Below, in pieces: positions 1 to 13,456 of a stretch of 64,000 nucleotides of DNA; the first letter of the stretch is position 1, and the number at the start of each line of letters is the position of its first letter. Origin of the DNA: Eledone cirrhosa (Eukaryota); the NCBI GenBank assembly GCA_964016885.1, contig OZ024743.1:234546001-234610000 (forward strand). Direction: 5' to 3'. A model generated the notes under the pieces. The model was given only the letters and a program-made list of their open reading frames with translations. It was not told the origin of the DNA and did no database searches. Position numbers and translations under genes: made by a program.

Positions 1-153
1 AGTAGAAACAATTATTATTCTTATTATGTATCGGTAGAGCGTCGTTCAAAATACTTTGTGGCATAAAGTTACGGCCCTTTACGCACTTAATGTTGAATTG
101 ATGTTTTATTTTCCCTAGCTTTGGTTGTATGTTTTTGTGTATTATATTTACAA

Positions 154-346
154 GGGCGGTAGATTGGCAGTATCGGTAGAGGGTGAGACGTCATGCTTTG
201 CAGCATAGAGTTACGCCCCTTTACGGTTCGAGTATAAATCCCGCCATGTTTAACTTTGCCTTTCATCCTTTCGGGGTCGATAAAATAAAGTACCAGTAAT
301 GCACTGGAGTAATTGCTGGCCTTGTGCCAAAAATAGAAACAATTAT
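154..346 (+). mobile_element. tRNA-derived SINE (MetaSINE-like core), family 1
   Basis: A-box-like TGGCAGTATCGG, core CTTTGCCTTTCATCCTTTCGGGGTCGATAAAATAAAGTACCAG, tail TAGAAACAATTAT. Same sequence recurs at 4622, 16743, 19625, 36026 and 43463(-); degenerate pieces at 1-115. Confidence 0.85.
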
Positions 347-465
347 ATTTACAAGGTTCCCTTCGCGCGGTTTTCTGCTAGCATATGGAGTGTGCATATT
401 GGTATTATACACAAATATATATGCATATAGATATATGTAAATTGAAAAGTAAATTGACAATATCT

Positions 466-1110
466 TCTTCACCCACTTATTTCTGAGAGGGTCGTGGGGG
501 CAGAGTCCTTCTCAAACATTCCTTCCAGCAAGTCTGTCAGTGACAAACATCTCTAACTGATCCAACTGGATCCCAAAGCGTGACCAGCCAAGCTCATGGA
601 TGTTATCCAACTAACTTGCTCAGGGTCTACCTCTGGGTCTCTTGCCGGTTAGTTTTTCCTGTAAAATGTGTCCAGCGATATTTTACTGAGACATTCTAAC
701 CACATGCTCATAATATCGGAGTTGTGATCTCTCAATTCGGAGAAGTAGCGGCTCTACCAGGAGTGACTCTCTGGTCTCTGATCTATGCACTTTATCGAGT
801 AACGTTACTTCAAAGACTCTTCGGAGGAATCCCATTTCTGCCACTTTTATTTGCAATTGTATTCTTTTGGTCATTACTCAATATTCATGATCCTCAGTAA
901 GAGTTGGCAGGAATGCCAGGAAGACAGCGAGTTTGGCTTTTACACCTACCGCCCTTCATCTGATTGCTGAGGCTGGCGCTTTACTGCATCAGCTTTTGCA
1001 ATTCTTGCACTTAATTCAGTCTCCTGCATTCCATCACCCATGAACACGGCTCCAAGATACTTGAACTTCTCTAACTTCCACAGTAGAACTTCATTCACAT
1101 GTATATAAAT
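466..1110 (-). mobile_element. Old RTE-clade LINE 3' fragment (degenerate)
   Basis: Minus ORF pieces KFKYLGAVF, AEMGFLRRV and LLRIERSQLRYYEHVVRM are RTE C-terminal motifs; GAA-type tail near 466; homologous copy at 21378-21740. Confidence 0.8.
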
Positions 1111-1310
1111 TTGAGGGACTTCTGTCCACCCGTCCATCACGCAATGTGTATGTGTGTTTGTGTGAATGTATGTGTGTGTAAAAGGAGGGAAAGGGATACA
1201 CAAATATTTGTCTCTAACTTAAAAACAGTGACACACACACACGTGTCTCTAATTTAAGAACGCCGACAAACTCACGCGCATGCACATACACACACTGTCT
1301 TATTACTACT

Positions 1311-1975
1311 CAAGAGCTTTGGCCCGGGCAAACATCTCCTCAATTGTGTAACCGTCTGGGTTGTCCATAATTGATGAGAAACTTGACGGTCTTACTCTGT
1401 GCCTTACCTGGGACGTCACAGTTAGTGACTCTTTTGCTTCTTCCCACATCCTGGATGCAGCGGTAAGAGTGAGAGCTACAGCATCCGCAGCCTGAACGGA
1501 ACAAAATCCTAAAATACCGTGTCCTGTCAGCTAAATACATTATCCAGCCTGTGGCGTTCGAGACGTTTGGGGGAGTCGGGCTACTGACAGCGAGGTGTTA
1601 TCTTCACTGGCGGCTCGCCAAACAGAGGTAACTGGTGATGCTCGTGAGGGCACTTGGTTGTTCCAGCACTTCAACCTCGCCATCACCTCAGGTAACGCTG
1701 CGAGCGTGTTGGCCTGCCTCAAAAATTATTAGAGAGGTTTCCCAGTGCTCCTCGCTATATTGCTAACTTTTGCTCTGGTAGCGGCTCGTTTTTCTACCCC
1801 TTTCGTCTGCATTTTGTTCTATGGGGTCTAAGATGTGGGTATTACGTGCTTGTGTATTTTTTCTCTTTCTTTTTTTCCTCCCCTTTCCTTTCTATATATT
1901 ATATTTGTTAGTGTTCTCGTTCTGTAACCATTACATTAAATGAGTTTTTAAAAAAAGAGTTAATAAATAAATAAA
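1311..1975 (+). mobile_element. CRE-clade non-LTR 3' fragment (RLE region, 3'UTR, A-rich tail)
   Basis: Degenerate translation LDGLTL..WDVTV..QPVAFETFG..GNAASV matches the restriction-like endonuclease end seen in the 2241-3884 ORF; ends in AATAAATAAATAAAA. Confidence 0.7.
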
Positions 1976-2226
1976 ACGTTTACTTGTTTTACCCTCCCAT
2001 CTCAAATTCACCAAACGCTATCATGACTGTATGTGTGTGTTTGTGTAAATGTATATGTGTGAATGTATGTATGTTTGTGTAAATGTATATGTGTGAATGT
2101 ATGTATGTTTGTGTGAAAGTATGTGTGAATGTATGTATATTTGTGTGAAAGTATGTGTATTGTGTGAATTATGTCCGTGAGAGTGGATTTTTATAAGTTT
2201 GTGTCTGCGCGATTATAGTTATATAC

Positions 2227-4360
2227 TTTTTTTTTTTTTTTTAGTTGGATAGATCGTTGTCATATTTACAAACTTGATACGCGATGGGGCCCACCCGGAG
2301 GACGGCAAGGGAGACGAGCTGGAAAAGCCACTCCAACTCGCGGGGCTCACACCTGAGGCTGGCCAGCTCAGCGCCTATGGTGGTGAATAAGAAGGTAGCC
2401 CTGAGGCTGAGGACACCAGAAGCTTCCACTGCCAGGGGTACGACCGCAAACCTGTCGGAGAGCGACCGGTATTTGAGGAGTTTGGCCCCCTCAGCCCGAC
2501 GTGCAGCAGAACCTGGGTCAGTCGCAGACTGCACTAGGTTGCGGCTGCAGAAAGTGTCGGTGCAAGTGGCATTCCAGACGAGGGGTTTGCCACCGCGGAA
2601 CGGGAAGATGGTCATGCCATCTGGCCTTTTGCCGTCCCCTCGATCCAGCCTCACCGGCTCGAGCTGGGAAGGGAAGCTTGCAGCGTCCAAGCCATGCTTA
2701 ATGACCTCGTTGAGGGCAGCATGGCGTTGAAGGCGGCCGGCACTGTGGCGACAGGAAAGCGGGTGGAGGCCGAAAGAGTCCACGGTGGAACCGCAGCGAC
2801 AGTGGTGTGGCTGGCAGATCCGGAGGCCGAGCCTCAGGGAAACGCCAATGCGCAGGCTATGGTTGTCTAGATGCGTGCCAGTAGAGAAGGAGGGCAGGGC
2901 ATGGAGCCAAGTACCACTGTGGGGTTTTGAGGCCGCACGAGAACAAGCAAGGCGGTGCTGATCGAGCTGGCGCGTGAGCCTGTCTGAGGCCAGGCTACAC
3001 TGGATGGCATCCCAAGTGCGTTGGGGGGACTTGACGTCAAAAGGGGGAGAAGGAGGAGGGACATCTACTGGGCTAAGTCCCAGCCGGTCCCACGTCTCAT
3101 AGGCGGCCTCACGTTCTCTGAACACAAAGGGTGCTGTTGTGTTTTGAAGAACCCTGCTAACGAGGACGCGGCACGAGGTTACCGACGAAAGATACGCCGA
3201 CAAAGCTAGCGAGATCGGGGACCGGAGGCCAAGGCGGCCATACCTGTCAGGTAAAGTGGCCTGTTGCCACCCTATGTCGTCAAACTTGACGTTGCATATC
3301 TCCTCGGCTGCTGTTCGGATAGAAGTATTGAGATCAGCGAGGAGAGATGTCTGAGTGAAGCACGGAGCGCTGCGGGGGGTATAGAGGAGCTTCGGCATTG
3401 CGAAGCCGTTCCTCAGCAGAAAGAGAGCTGGGTGGCCGTCAATCGAGCCCAGTCGGCTCGTGAGAGTCTGGAGTTGTTGAAGCCTGGACCTGATGGTGGA
3501 GCGGAAGGCCGACGGGTGGATCGGTAACCCGAGGATGAGGACATCCTCTTTGGGGGTCACCTGAACCTGGCGGAGAATGGACCGCACGTCCAAGACAGAG
3601 GCTGCAAAGCTCGCAGCATCGAGGCTGACATTCACCACCTCCAACTTGGCGGAGTTGACCTGGAGGCCGATTCCCGCCAGGGCAGGAACCACCGATTGAA
3701 GGCCATGGCAGACCGTCCGTATGGGCCCGTCCAACGTAGCATCATCCAGATACCAAACGTTGAGAGGGGCCGTGATACTCCGGGCGATGTGGTCAATACC
3801 AAGGGCGAACAGGAGGGCTCCCAAAGGGTCGCCCTGTTGGACCCTAGTAGCCGAGGTTATGACCGTATCAGCAGCAAGGAGCATGGTCGGTGCTCCATAC
3901 GACAGGTATGCCAGCCGGTAGGCAGAGGGGAGCTCGGCTGAGGCAGGCTTCGAGCAGATGATCCTGGCTTAAAGAGTTGAAGGCATTCCTCATGTCAAGC
4001 TTGACAATGAGGTACCTGGAGTACCTGGATGCCGGTTCCGATGGGCAGCTGTTGAAGAACTGCCTGGTTGCATGAGCGGCCCCCTCACAGCCACCAGACA
4101 CGCCGACACCCAGTTGCACCGGACTAAACTCCTCACCCAGTTCGTGTGTTACGGACTTGCAGATCACCTTCGCAGCCAGACTCCCGAAGACATTGTCCAC
4201 AGCAATGGGGCGTATGCCACCCTCTTTCTTCCTGAGAGCGGTGAGTCTGGCCGAAAAAAAGAGGCCTAGGGCGTAAAGGTCCAGGGCGCCATGAATGAGC
4301 TTATTGGTGAGCGCCACAATTGCACTCAGAAGGCGGCGCCCGGCCTCGCGGCATGTAGAA
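2227..4360 (-). mobile_element. CRE-clade (RLE-type) non-LTR retrotransposon, 5'-truncated and frameshifted
   Basis: RT motifs GGIRPIAV, QLGVG, KLDMRNAFN (3868-4317) and QQGDPLG, WYLDD (2241-3884); CCHC knuckle CRCG..HPLSC; RH, KRPDG and K..KY RLE motifs; poly(A) tail as a T-run at 2227-2242. Confidence 0.9.
2241..3884 (-). pseudogene. RT plus restriction-like endonuclease ORF of the CRE element (547 aa, N-terminal part in another frame)
   Basis: YLDD, zinc knuckle and PD..(D)xK motifs in the supplied ORF. Confidence 0.85.
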
Positions 4361-4621
4361 AGTCATAATCTCTCTATCTCTCTCATCACACACTCTCTCT
4401 TTCTATATATATGGTAGTTGAAGTAGTGGTGGTGGTGGCGACGATATACCGGAAGTGCAACTTTGAAAAGAAGTCAATTTTAAATTATTTATTTTTACGA
4501 AATTATTTTTGTTTACGAAATTGAGTACATAAATTATGTAATATTCATTTGAAATTATTTATTTTTACGAAATTGAGTACATAAATTATGTAATATTCAT
4601 TCATTATTTATTCAAAGTAAT

Positions 4622-4813
4622 GGGCGGTGGATTGGCAGTATCGGTAGAGGGTCGGACGCCATGCTTTGACGCATAGAGTTACGGCGCTTGCCATTCTGAG
4701 TTCAAATCGCGCCGAGGTTAACTTTGCCTTTCATCCTTATGAGGTCTATAAAATAAAGTACTAGTAATACACTGAGTATTTGCTGGCCTTATGCCAAAAG
4801 TAGAAACAATTAT
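4622..4813 (+). mobile_element. SINE family 1 copy
   Basis: GGCGGTGGATTGGCAGTATCGG..GAGTTCAAATC B-box..CCTTTCATCC..TAGAAACAATTAT. Confidence 0.85.
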
Positions 4814-5069
4814 TTATTCAAAGCAATCCAACTTATTTTACAAACGGGATAACAAAAAATAAACCGTACGCAATTCCGCAGACCTTCCTTTATTATAGTT
4901 TAGATGTATGTATTTCCATTTACTCTTATATATTTGTTAAATGATATTAAACTCAAGATTATTTAATGTATATCTAGAGCTACATTTAAAAAAGGACAAC
5001 AACCCTGCCATTTTATTGAAGAGTTATTTCCCTTTGATTCACACTTAAATATTGATTTTTGTTTTAGGG

Positions 5070-8055
5070 CAGGGGTCGGCAACCCCCGGCCCTCAAGTGA
5101 TTTTTGTCCGGCCCGCCATCTTGCACTGGACACTAATTATCTAATTAGTATCGAATACAGATACAGTAGTTCACTTCAAGGTTGTGCCGACCTGATGCCC
5201 ATCATAAATCGCTGCTCATACCGTATATATTTACAGATACCTTTGTAACCTAATTATATTTTCCATTTATTATTATTTCCTCTTATCCATCTTTTTCTGG
5301 GCTTTCCGCCAAGAATTATATCACCTGTATTATTATTTCCTGTGATTTCATGTATGTGTTCTTGTTCCAGTCAACAAACACAAATGTTGGCTGGAAGTAT
5401 GCATTTTCGTCAGCGACTGGAAGGTATACTACCTTACGGTTCGCATGACTCGCTTTTATACCCATATTGTCATTCAATAAAATCACTCGTGAATTATTGT
5501 CGTCTTCGTTTGCCTAACCTCACCTGTGCCCCCCGGCACAAGGTAAAGTTGTCCTTGGAAAAATTACTTCGTTGCCTCCTCCCCAGAGTATTTTCATTTG
5601 AGTTTGTTGTCTGGTGGTATAACAACTGTACAGTAGGTATCTTTATTCGATAATAACGTTTATTTAATTATTTGTGATAAATTGTGTGAATTATTATTAT
5701 TAGAATTAGGCCAAAAGTGGTTTAAAAAAACAAATGGCAACCCTGATCTAACAACGTCGTTAGAAACATGGTTTTATATAATTTATTCACAATTATCATA
5801 TTTTATCGCATTACTGTATTTGCATTTACATTTGTTTTCATTGTTTCTTATTTCTTCATTCTAATTATTATACTTTTTGTCCTTTTTCCTTTCCATAAAT
5901 TTTTTTTGTTTGAACAAAAACAAGTCCATGGAAGCTAAGAAAAGAAAAGTGGATTTGGAGTGCCGAACTTTTAACGATGGCTGGACACTTAGCTATTTTT
6001 TCATTGAGCACTTCGGAAAATGTGTTTGCTTAATTTGTCAAGAAACCATTGCCGTGAAGAAAGTTTCAAATATTAAACGGCACTATGAAACTCGTCATAA
6101 TCATTACAACAGTTTTACTGGAAAAGCACGAGTAAACGAAGTTGCACGGCTGAGAAATAATCTAACAAAGCAATCATCATTTTTCAGTAGAAAAGTTGAA
6201 GAAAGTGACCAAAACACACGTGCTAGCTACGAGGTGTCAAAACTAATTGCAGAAAGAATGAAACCTTTTACTGATGGAGATTTCTTCAAAGAATTATTGT
6301 TGAAGGTAGCAGATGTTGTTTGTCCAGAAAAAAGGGAATTATTTTCTGCGATCAGCTTATCGGCAAGAACAGTAACAAGGCGAATTGAAGAGCTGGCAGC
6401 AAATGTCAGAAGTGGCTTGGGGGGGCATTTTAAATAATCTGGAGTATAATTCCATTGCTATCGATGAAACCACAGATATGAAGGATACCTGTCAAGTGTT
6501 TGTGAGGGGTGTAACACCAACATTTGATATTGTGGAAGAATTTGTACAATTGATTCCTATGAAGGACACTAGCACTGGAGCAGATATTTTGGAAAGCATA
6601 ATAAAATGGATTATCGAAATGAATCTGGATTTATCAAAGCTTTCTGGAGGAATCACAGATGGAGCCCCAGCAATGGTTGGAGAGAAAAAGGGGTTTGTTG
6701 CATTGCTCAAAAACCACATCGGTATTGATAAAAAACTAATCAAACTTCATTGCATTATTAATCAAGAAGCATTATGTGCAAAATCACTGAATGTTAAGGA
6801 CATCATGGCAGTGGTCGTGAAAACAGTGAATTTTATACTGTCAAGAGGACTAAATCATCGCCAGTTTCAAAACAAATTGAAGCAGAGTATGGCGACCTTA
6901 TATATTTTTCAAATGTTCGATGGCTTAGCCGCGGAAAAATGATAGAACGAGTATATGCATTGAGAGAAGAGATTTCTGTTTTTAGAGAGCAAAGACAAAG
7001 ATAATTCTTACTTTCAGGATCCAGAGTGGGTTGTCAAGTTAGCTTTTTTAGTGGACATCACGACCTACATGAACACTTTGAATCTTGAGCTTCAAGGAAA
7101 GAACAAGGTTGTATTTGAGATGTTTGGTCAAATTACTGCTTTTGAGAGAAAACTTCGACTGTGGGAATCACAACTTCAAAAATAAAACTACTCTCATTTC
7201 CCAAGTCTCCAAAATCACAACAGAGATATAATACCAGACATCTTTGTGAGCTCTATTAAGGATTTGAGAAGCGAGTTTTCCTCTCGTTTTGCTGACTTCC
7301 CGCAATATGGAACTCTATTTAAGTTATTTGGTACTCCTTACGAAACAGATGTGGAGCAAGTGGCAGAAGAATATCAGTTGGAGTTAATTGACTTACAGTG
7401 CGACGAATCTTTGAAATCGAAATTTCAGTTCGAATTCACTGCTGACTTCTACAAGAAATATATATTGCCAAGCGGAAAATATAAAAAACATCTTGACTAA
7501 TGCGAAACTGATGATATCATTATTTGGAAGTACATATGCTTGTGAACAACTTTTTTCCAAAATGAAATATACTAAAAGTCATTTAAGAACAAGATTGCGT
7601 GATGACCACCTGGATGATGTTTTGCTCCTGTCATCGACAAATATTTCACCTGATGTGGAGAAGGAAAAATGATAGAACGAGTATATGCATTGAGAGAAGA
7701 GATTTCTATGTTTTTAGAGAGCAAAGACAAAGATAATTCTTACTTTCAGGATCCAGAGTGGGTTGTCAAGTTAGCTTTTTTAGTGGACAAAGAAGTGTCT
7801 CATTAAATCATTTACCATTTCTAACTGTATTTCGTTTGTAGCAAGGAATTTGCTTTTTTTTTTTGTTGATTGTGATAGTAGTTGTTTTTCTGTTATTCCT
7901 GCAGTAAAAGGGCCTTGTTAAAATAAAATTATATTAAATTCCTTGTTTTGCTTTAAACCTCCAGAAAATTTATTTACATATTTAATAACATGGCCCTCCT
8001 CCATGACACTGCAAAGCCGTTTGGCCCTCTCTCTCCAAAAGGTTGCCGACCTCTG
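5070..8055 (+). mobile_element. Full-length hAT DNA transposon, Buster/Charlie (SPIN/GTF2IRD2-like) type
   Basis: TIRs CAGGGGTCGGCAACC / GGTTGCCGACCTCTG; perfect 8-bp TSD TTTTAGGG (5062-5069, 8056-8063) fitting the Buster nnnTAnnn preference. Confidence 0.95.
5928..7806 (+). pseudogene. hAT transposase, disrupted by frameshifts and stops
   Basis: KKRKVD..F...W..YFF, BED-like CLIC..NIKRHYETRH, SIAIDETTD, TDGAPAMVG, HCIINQEALC, and FGSTYACEQLFSKMK dimerisation motif, spread over several frames. Confidence 0.9.
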
Positions 8056-8169
8056 TTTTAGGGAGTACTCATTATTATATATAACCTAAAAACCATTAAT
8101 CTGGATACCTAAATATGGAATGTTACGCGATGCCCCCCCCCCCCCCCCCACCTCACACACACACACACA

Positions 8170-8770
8170 GAGCCCCGGCGGACATGATGGAGAAGGCGTT
8201 CCCACAGAGGACGGCAAGGGAGACGCGCTGGAAAAGTCACTCCAACTCGCGGAGCTCATACCTGCGGCTGGCCAGCTCAGCGTTTATGGTGGTGAGTAGG
8301 GAGGTAGCCCTGGGGCCGAGGACACCAGAAGTCTCCACTGCCAGGGGTACAACCGCAAACCTGTCGGAGAGCGACCGGTATTTGAGGAGCTTGGCCTCCT
8401 CAGCCCGACGTGCAGCAGAACCTGGGTTAGTGGCAGACTGCACCAGGTTGCGGCTGCAGAAAGTGCCGGTGCAAGTAGCATCCCAGACGATGGGTTTGCC
8501 ACCGCGGAACGGGAAGATGGTCATGCCATCTGGCCTTTTGCCGTCCTCTTGGTCCAGCCCCACCGGCTCGAGCTGGGAAGGGAAGCCCGCAGCGTCTAAG
8601 CCATGCTTTATGACCTCGTTGAGGGCAGCATGGCGTGAAAGGCGGCCGGCACTGTGGCGACAGGAAAGCGGGTGGAGGCCGAAAGAGTCCACGGTAGATC
8701 TGCAGCGACATTGGTGTGGCTGGCAGATCCAGAGGCCGAGTCTCAAGGAAACGCCGATGCGCAGGCTGAG
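8170..8770 (-). mobile_element. CRE-clade 3' fragment, same family as 2227-4360
   Basis: ORF 8237-8827 is nearly identical to the C-terminus of ORF 2241-3884 (CCHC, KRPDG, WDATC). Confidence 0.9.
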
Positions 8771-9036
8771 TATGCCAGCAGATTTTGTGGAGGGCAGAAT
8801 TTGACAGGTATTGTATTTTATCAGCACCGGAAAAGGGAAAGGTAAATTTATTTTTTCTCAGTAAAAAAGTGGCATTAAATTTCAAGCTTTTGTTTCGTCA
8901 CTTCACCTGGTTGTCACGAAATCACTGCCATTTACACTCTACTTACAAAAACTGAGTGCTCAATCAGTTAATACTTGAATGTTTTAAATACAATGGTATT
9001 TTAAACACATCTCCTAATATACACATATATATATAT

Positions 9037-10732
9037 TACGATTTCATACGAATGAAACAGTTATAGTCCTGTAGAAGTCACTTCTATATAATAAACTTGT
9101 TTATTCTCTACTAATATATTGAGCACCTAAATTATTTGTGGTTATTTAATTAATTAATTAATTAATTAATTAATTAAGATAAAAATTAAAGTGCAGAAAT
9201 GACAAATAAAAATAAAAGATAAAAATGATTCTTTTAATGATGCGTATAGGATAAAGTTTATAAATAGGTTAATGGGAACATTGCCAGTAGATAGTTACAG
9301 CAGGACGTGCTTCTGACAGGACCTGCTGGAAGGAGTGTTTTTTAAGACTTTCTTTAAATTTTTCCTGAAAATGTTACTTTGAATTTTTATCAAAATATTT
9401 CTCTCAAAATTTTTCTTCAAATTTAAAAAATTTTTTTTTAAACTTTTCCTCAAAGTTTACTAAAAATATTTCGCCAAAGTTTTATAAAAAGTTTCAACAA
9501 ATATCCTCGTAATTATTATCAAGGTTTTTTTCAAACATTTTCTTTTAAATTGTTCTTTCTAACTTTCTTAAATTATGTTTTCTAAAATTTTACTGCAAAT
9601 GTTTTTCTCACAGAGTTTCCTTAAATTTTTTTAAAAAATTTAAAGCATTTCTTTAAAAATATTCCTCAAAATTTTCTTTAAAATGATTCTCAAACCTATT
9701 TAAACATATTCAACGAAATTTTCTTTAAAATTCTTCTCAAAACGTTCACAGCTTTTCACAAAAATTGCAAAAGTTTTCTTTAAAACTTTCTTGAAAATTT
9801 TCCTGAAAATTTTTCAAATATTTTCCTCAAATTTTTATTGAAAATTTTATCAAAATATTTTCGAGAAAATTTCAACAAAATTTCTCTCAAACATTTTCCA
9901 CAAATTCTTTTTATATTTTTTTATCAAAATTTTCATCAAAAGTTTACTAAAAATATTTCGTCAACGTTTTATAAAAAGTTTTTATAAATATCCTCTTATG
10001 GAGTTTGTTTTGTTTTTTTTTCAAACATTTTCTTTGAAAATGTTCTTTCTAATTTTCTTAAACTGTTTTCTAAAAGTTTACTGTAAATTTTTCCTCAATT
10101 TTTATTAAATTTTTTTCGAAACATCTTCAAAGAAATTTTCTTTAAAGTTCTCAATTTTCAAAACTGTTCACAAAAATTGCAAACATTTTCCTAAAAAATT
10201 TGCTTTAAATTTTCCTAAAAATTGTTCAAATATTTTCTTCGCATTCTATCAAAATATTTTCGAAAATTTTATAAAAATTTTTGAAAAAAAAATTTTTTTC
10301 TAAAATTTTCGTTCAAATTTTTCACAAAATGAAGATATTTGAGAATTTTTTTTTTTCAATTTAGATGATTTTTAAAAGATTTGGGGGTATATTTTGGGGA
10401 AAAATTGTGAAAATCGTTTTTTTTTTCACATTAAAAATTTTACTTTCGTATAACCTGATCAATCTTTTTGTTCACTGTATCCCTCGTCTCACTGCAGCCG
10501 CCACCACCACCTTCATCACAACCCTATTATCTCCTCTATCATCACCTCCACTACAATCACCAAAAGAAATTTTAAGCTGTTTTTATTCAAACGTACATTT
10601 GTAAAAAAAATAAATTAAATAATTTAGCGATAGAGTGAAACAGAGCAAGCAGATGGTGAGATTTGAAAACTATCATGTATATGTATGATTTCTGCAGGAC
10701 TAGAACTGTTTCATTCATATGAAATCATCAGG
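9037..10732. mobile_element. Unclassified non-autonomous element with ~45-bp terminal inverted repeats and an AAAATTTT-rich interior
   Basis: GATTTCATACGAATGAAACAGTTATAGTCCTGTAGAA (9040) is the reverse complement of ~10690-10727; the same motif recurs at ~44690; the interior holds two degenerate ~0.5-kb AT-rich units. Confidence 0.45.
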
Positions 10733-10963
10733 CATGAAACACTTCCATGTCTTGTAGAAGTCATTTCTATAAAAAATAAATATGCTTATTCTGTACTAAC
10801 TTATTGAGTACCTTATTTAACTGTGGTTATTCCCAATCCCTTTCGGGGTATAATTCTTATATAAATATATCTATAATAAGAACAAAGTGGAGATGTTACA
10901 TAGGAGATTTATTGCTTGATCCTGGTTACAAATGTTTCTCAAGCAGCTGGCTTATATATACAT

Positions 10964-11155
10964 ATAGTTAAAAAGTAAGGGTGAAAAGCACAGAAGTATA
11001 TTTTAAAATTATTTATTCTTTAACTCGACAATGAATAATTTTATAATTATTGCATTAAATATAACACTTTATAAAATTATTCATTCTGTCAGATTAAAGA
11101 AATAAATAATCTTTAAATATACTTCTGTGCATTTTCACCTTTACTTTTTAACTAT
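10964..11155. repeat. Imperfect ~85-bp-arm palindrome (MITE-like)
   Basis: TATAGTTAAAAAGTAAGGGTGAAAAGCACAGAAGTATATT ... AATATACTTCTGTGCATTTTCACCTTTACTTTTTAACTATA. Confidence 0.7.
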
Positions 11156-12084
11156 AACCTTTGTTTTGTATGGAACTTTTTCAACTATATATATAGCCTA
11201 TGAGAACCTCAACATAGAAATAGATCAATGCTAGAGTAATAGTGTCCAAGTTCAACTCCAATCACAAGCTCCCTTTCATTGCTTGGTGTTATCCAACAAA
11301 CTGTAGCAATGAAGAATTTATCAATCCTCAAAATCAGTTATTGCCCACAATTTTGTTTTCATTGCAAGTAAATTCAATGCCAAGCTTGGGCCTGGGAATA
11401 TTCTTTTTTCCTTTTTTAATGGTGAAATGCTACTCCAGCTCTTATATAGGTTTAACCTTTTCTCTTTTAACAACAACTTCATGAAAATGAAGTCCAATCT
11501 CTGGAAATAGAGGCAAACTCGATAACATGGCATAACAGCATCCATGACATTCAAGCTTTCTCATTCTTTTCCAACCTAGATTTGCGACTATTACATGCCT
11601 TTACTATAATCAAGCTTTCAAATCTAGCTGTCCACTTGCTCTGTTTAACCCTATCACAAAATCCCATTTCTTTTATGTTTTCAAATATACATTTAAATAG
11701 TAACAATATATAATTTCTTTTGGTGACTCCAGTGGAAATAATGGAGACGTGATAGTGGGGGGGGGGGGGTCGCTGAAGAAAATGACAAAGAGAACAAAAA
11801 GATTTTTGGGGTTATGCAGAAGTAAATTAAAAAAAAAATAAAACATTCGTCAAATGTTTTTCAAAATTTTTCAAAAATCACCAACAACTTTTCATCAAAA
11901 TTTTTCAAAACCTTCCAAATTTTTTTCAGAAATTTTTCAAAACTTTTGAAAAAATAAATCATCAGAAATTTCCCTAACAAATATTTTCCAAAAAAGATTG
12001 CTAAAATTTTTTAGATTTTGAGAAAATATTTTTTTAATTTCTTTTCTGGAAGTCAGTAGCTCCTATTAAGAACTACCTTTGTCT

Positions 12085-12300
12085 ATGAGTGTTCAACCAT
12101 ATTAGCAAGGTAAACGGGCGTTACATTTGAGAATAATCTACAGCGAAGTTCTTGTCATCGTTAGCGGCTCCCCTTACCAAGTTATCAGGTGATGCCTATG
12201 AAGTTGCTTGGTTGTTTCAGCGCCTTCGCCATCACCTGCAGTAATATTGCGAGCGTGTTGACTTGCCTCGAAGAATTCCGATGACCCTTGTGGTGTGTGA
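12085..12300 (+). mobile_element. Degenerate CRE 3' fragment
   Basis: GGTGATGCC..TTGGTTGTTTCAGCG..CGCCATCACC..GCGAGCGTGTTGACTTGCCTC matches 1630-1720. Confidence 0.6.
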
Positions 12301-13369
12301 CTTATTGACGCACTTAGTGGTGAATTGGTGGTTTGTGGGGTCTCGCTTTGATTGTATATTTTTGCATATTATATTTATAATCAACAATTAATTGATTATA
12401 TGTATGTATTTCTATTTAATCTTATATATTTGTTATATGATAATAAAGTAATGTCAATAGCAAATCAAATAACTACTGAATATGAGCTAAAATATTGTTA
12501 AATGTATCAAATATATTATTTCTATTATACTTCTTATATCCTCTCATAGGACCAGTATTTGCCAGCTGGAACCTTTTTTTTTTATTTTGCTTTATATTCC
12601 TGTATTTAGATTCTACTCGGTGCGTTGCGAGTTCGAATTCGGGCGAGGCTGTCTTGGTCTTTAATCTCTTTTAATAAACTGCAATCAAGATAGATACCTT
12701 TACCATAGAAAACGTTTTTATTTATACGGAAGTATGGAAATAAAAAGGGATTTATTTTTACAATCACCCGGTCCATATATTTATCACCAGCTAAAACCAA
12801 AACAATTACTAGATATATATTTATGTCATTTATAAATAGATCACCTATTTGAATGGTATAATAAATTACTGGTAAATAAAGCGGCTAGAAGTAACACGAC
12901 TCATTGGCCTCCATTTGAAAGGATTTTAGAGGAAGATCAACAAAATAGACTACCCAAAAGGCTAAGTCGACTACTACCGCTTTAACATTCATCAGCCTAC
13001 TTAGCCGGAGTATCAACTGCAAATTCATCTTCACTTTTAAAAAATCAACTAGTTTACCAAGAGACTGTCACATTAAACAAAACACATGTATAATGACGAG
13101 GTTTTAGTTGCTAAGGTAAGCATGATTTATGAAACGTAAATAATTTCAAAACACGTGTCTCGAATAATGAATAAAGTACGATGGACCATGTTTTTTAATT
13201 TTATTTTATTTCGTTGTATTTGATTTGTTTTCGTTTTAAATCATAACTTCGTGAGATTTTACGTGGTTAACGTTACCAATTATCGTCTCTGCGATATTTT
13301 ACTTCCTTCTATTTATTTTGAAAATGATTTTTTTCCGAGGGTTATTTTCGCGTGTATATATATATATAC

Positions 13370-13404
13370 AATATATTTTAAATTCCCAGCGGTCTTTATG
13401 AAAG

Positions 13405-13456
<52 letters not shown>

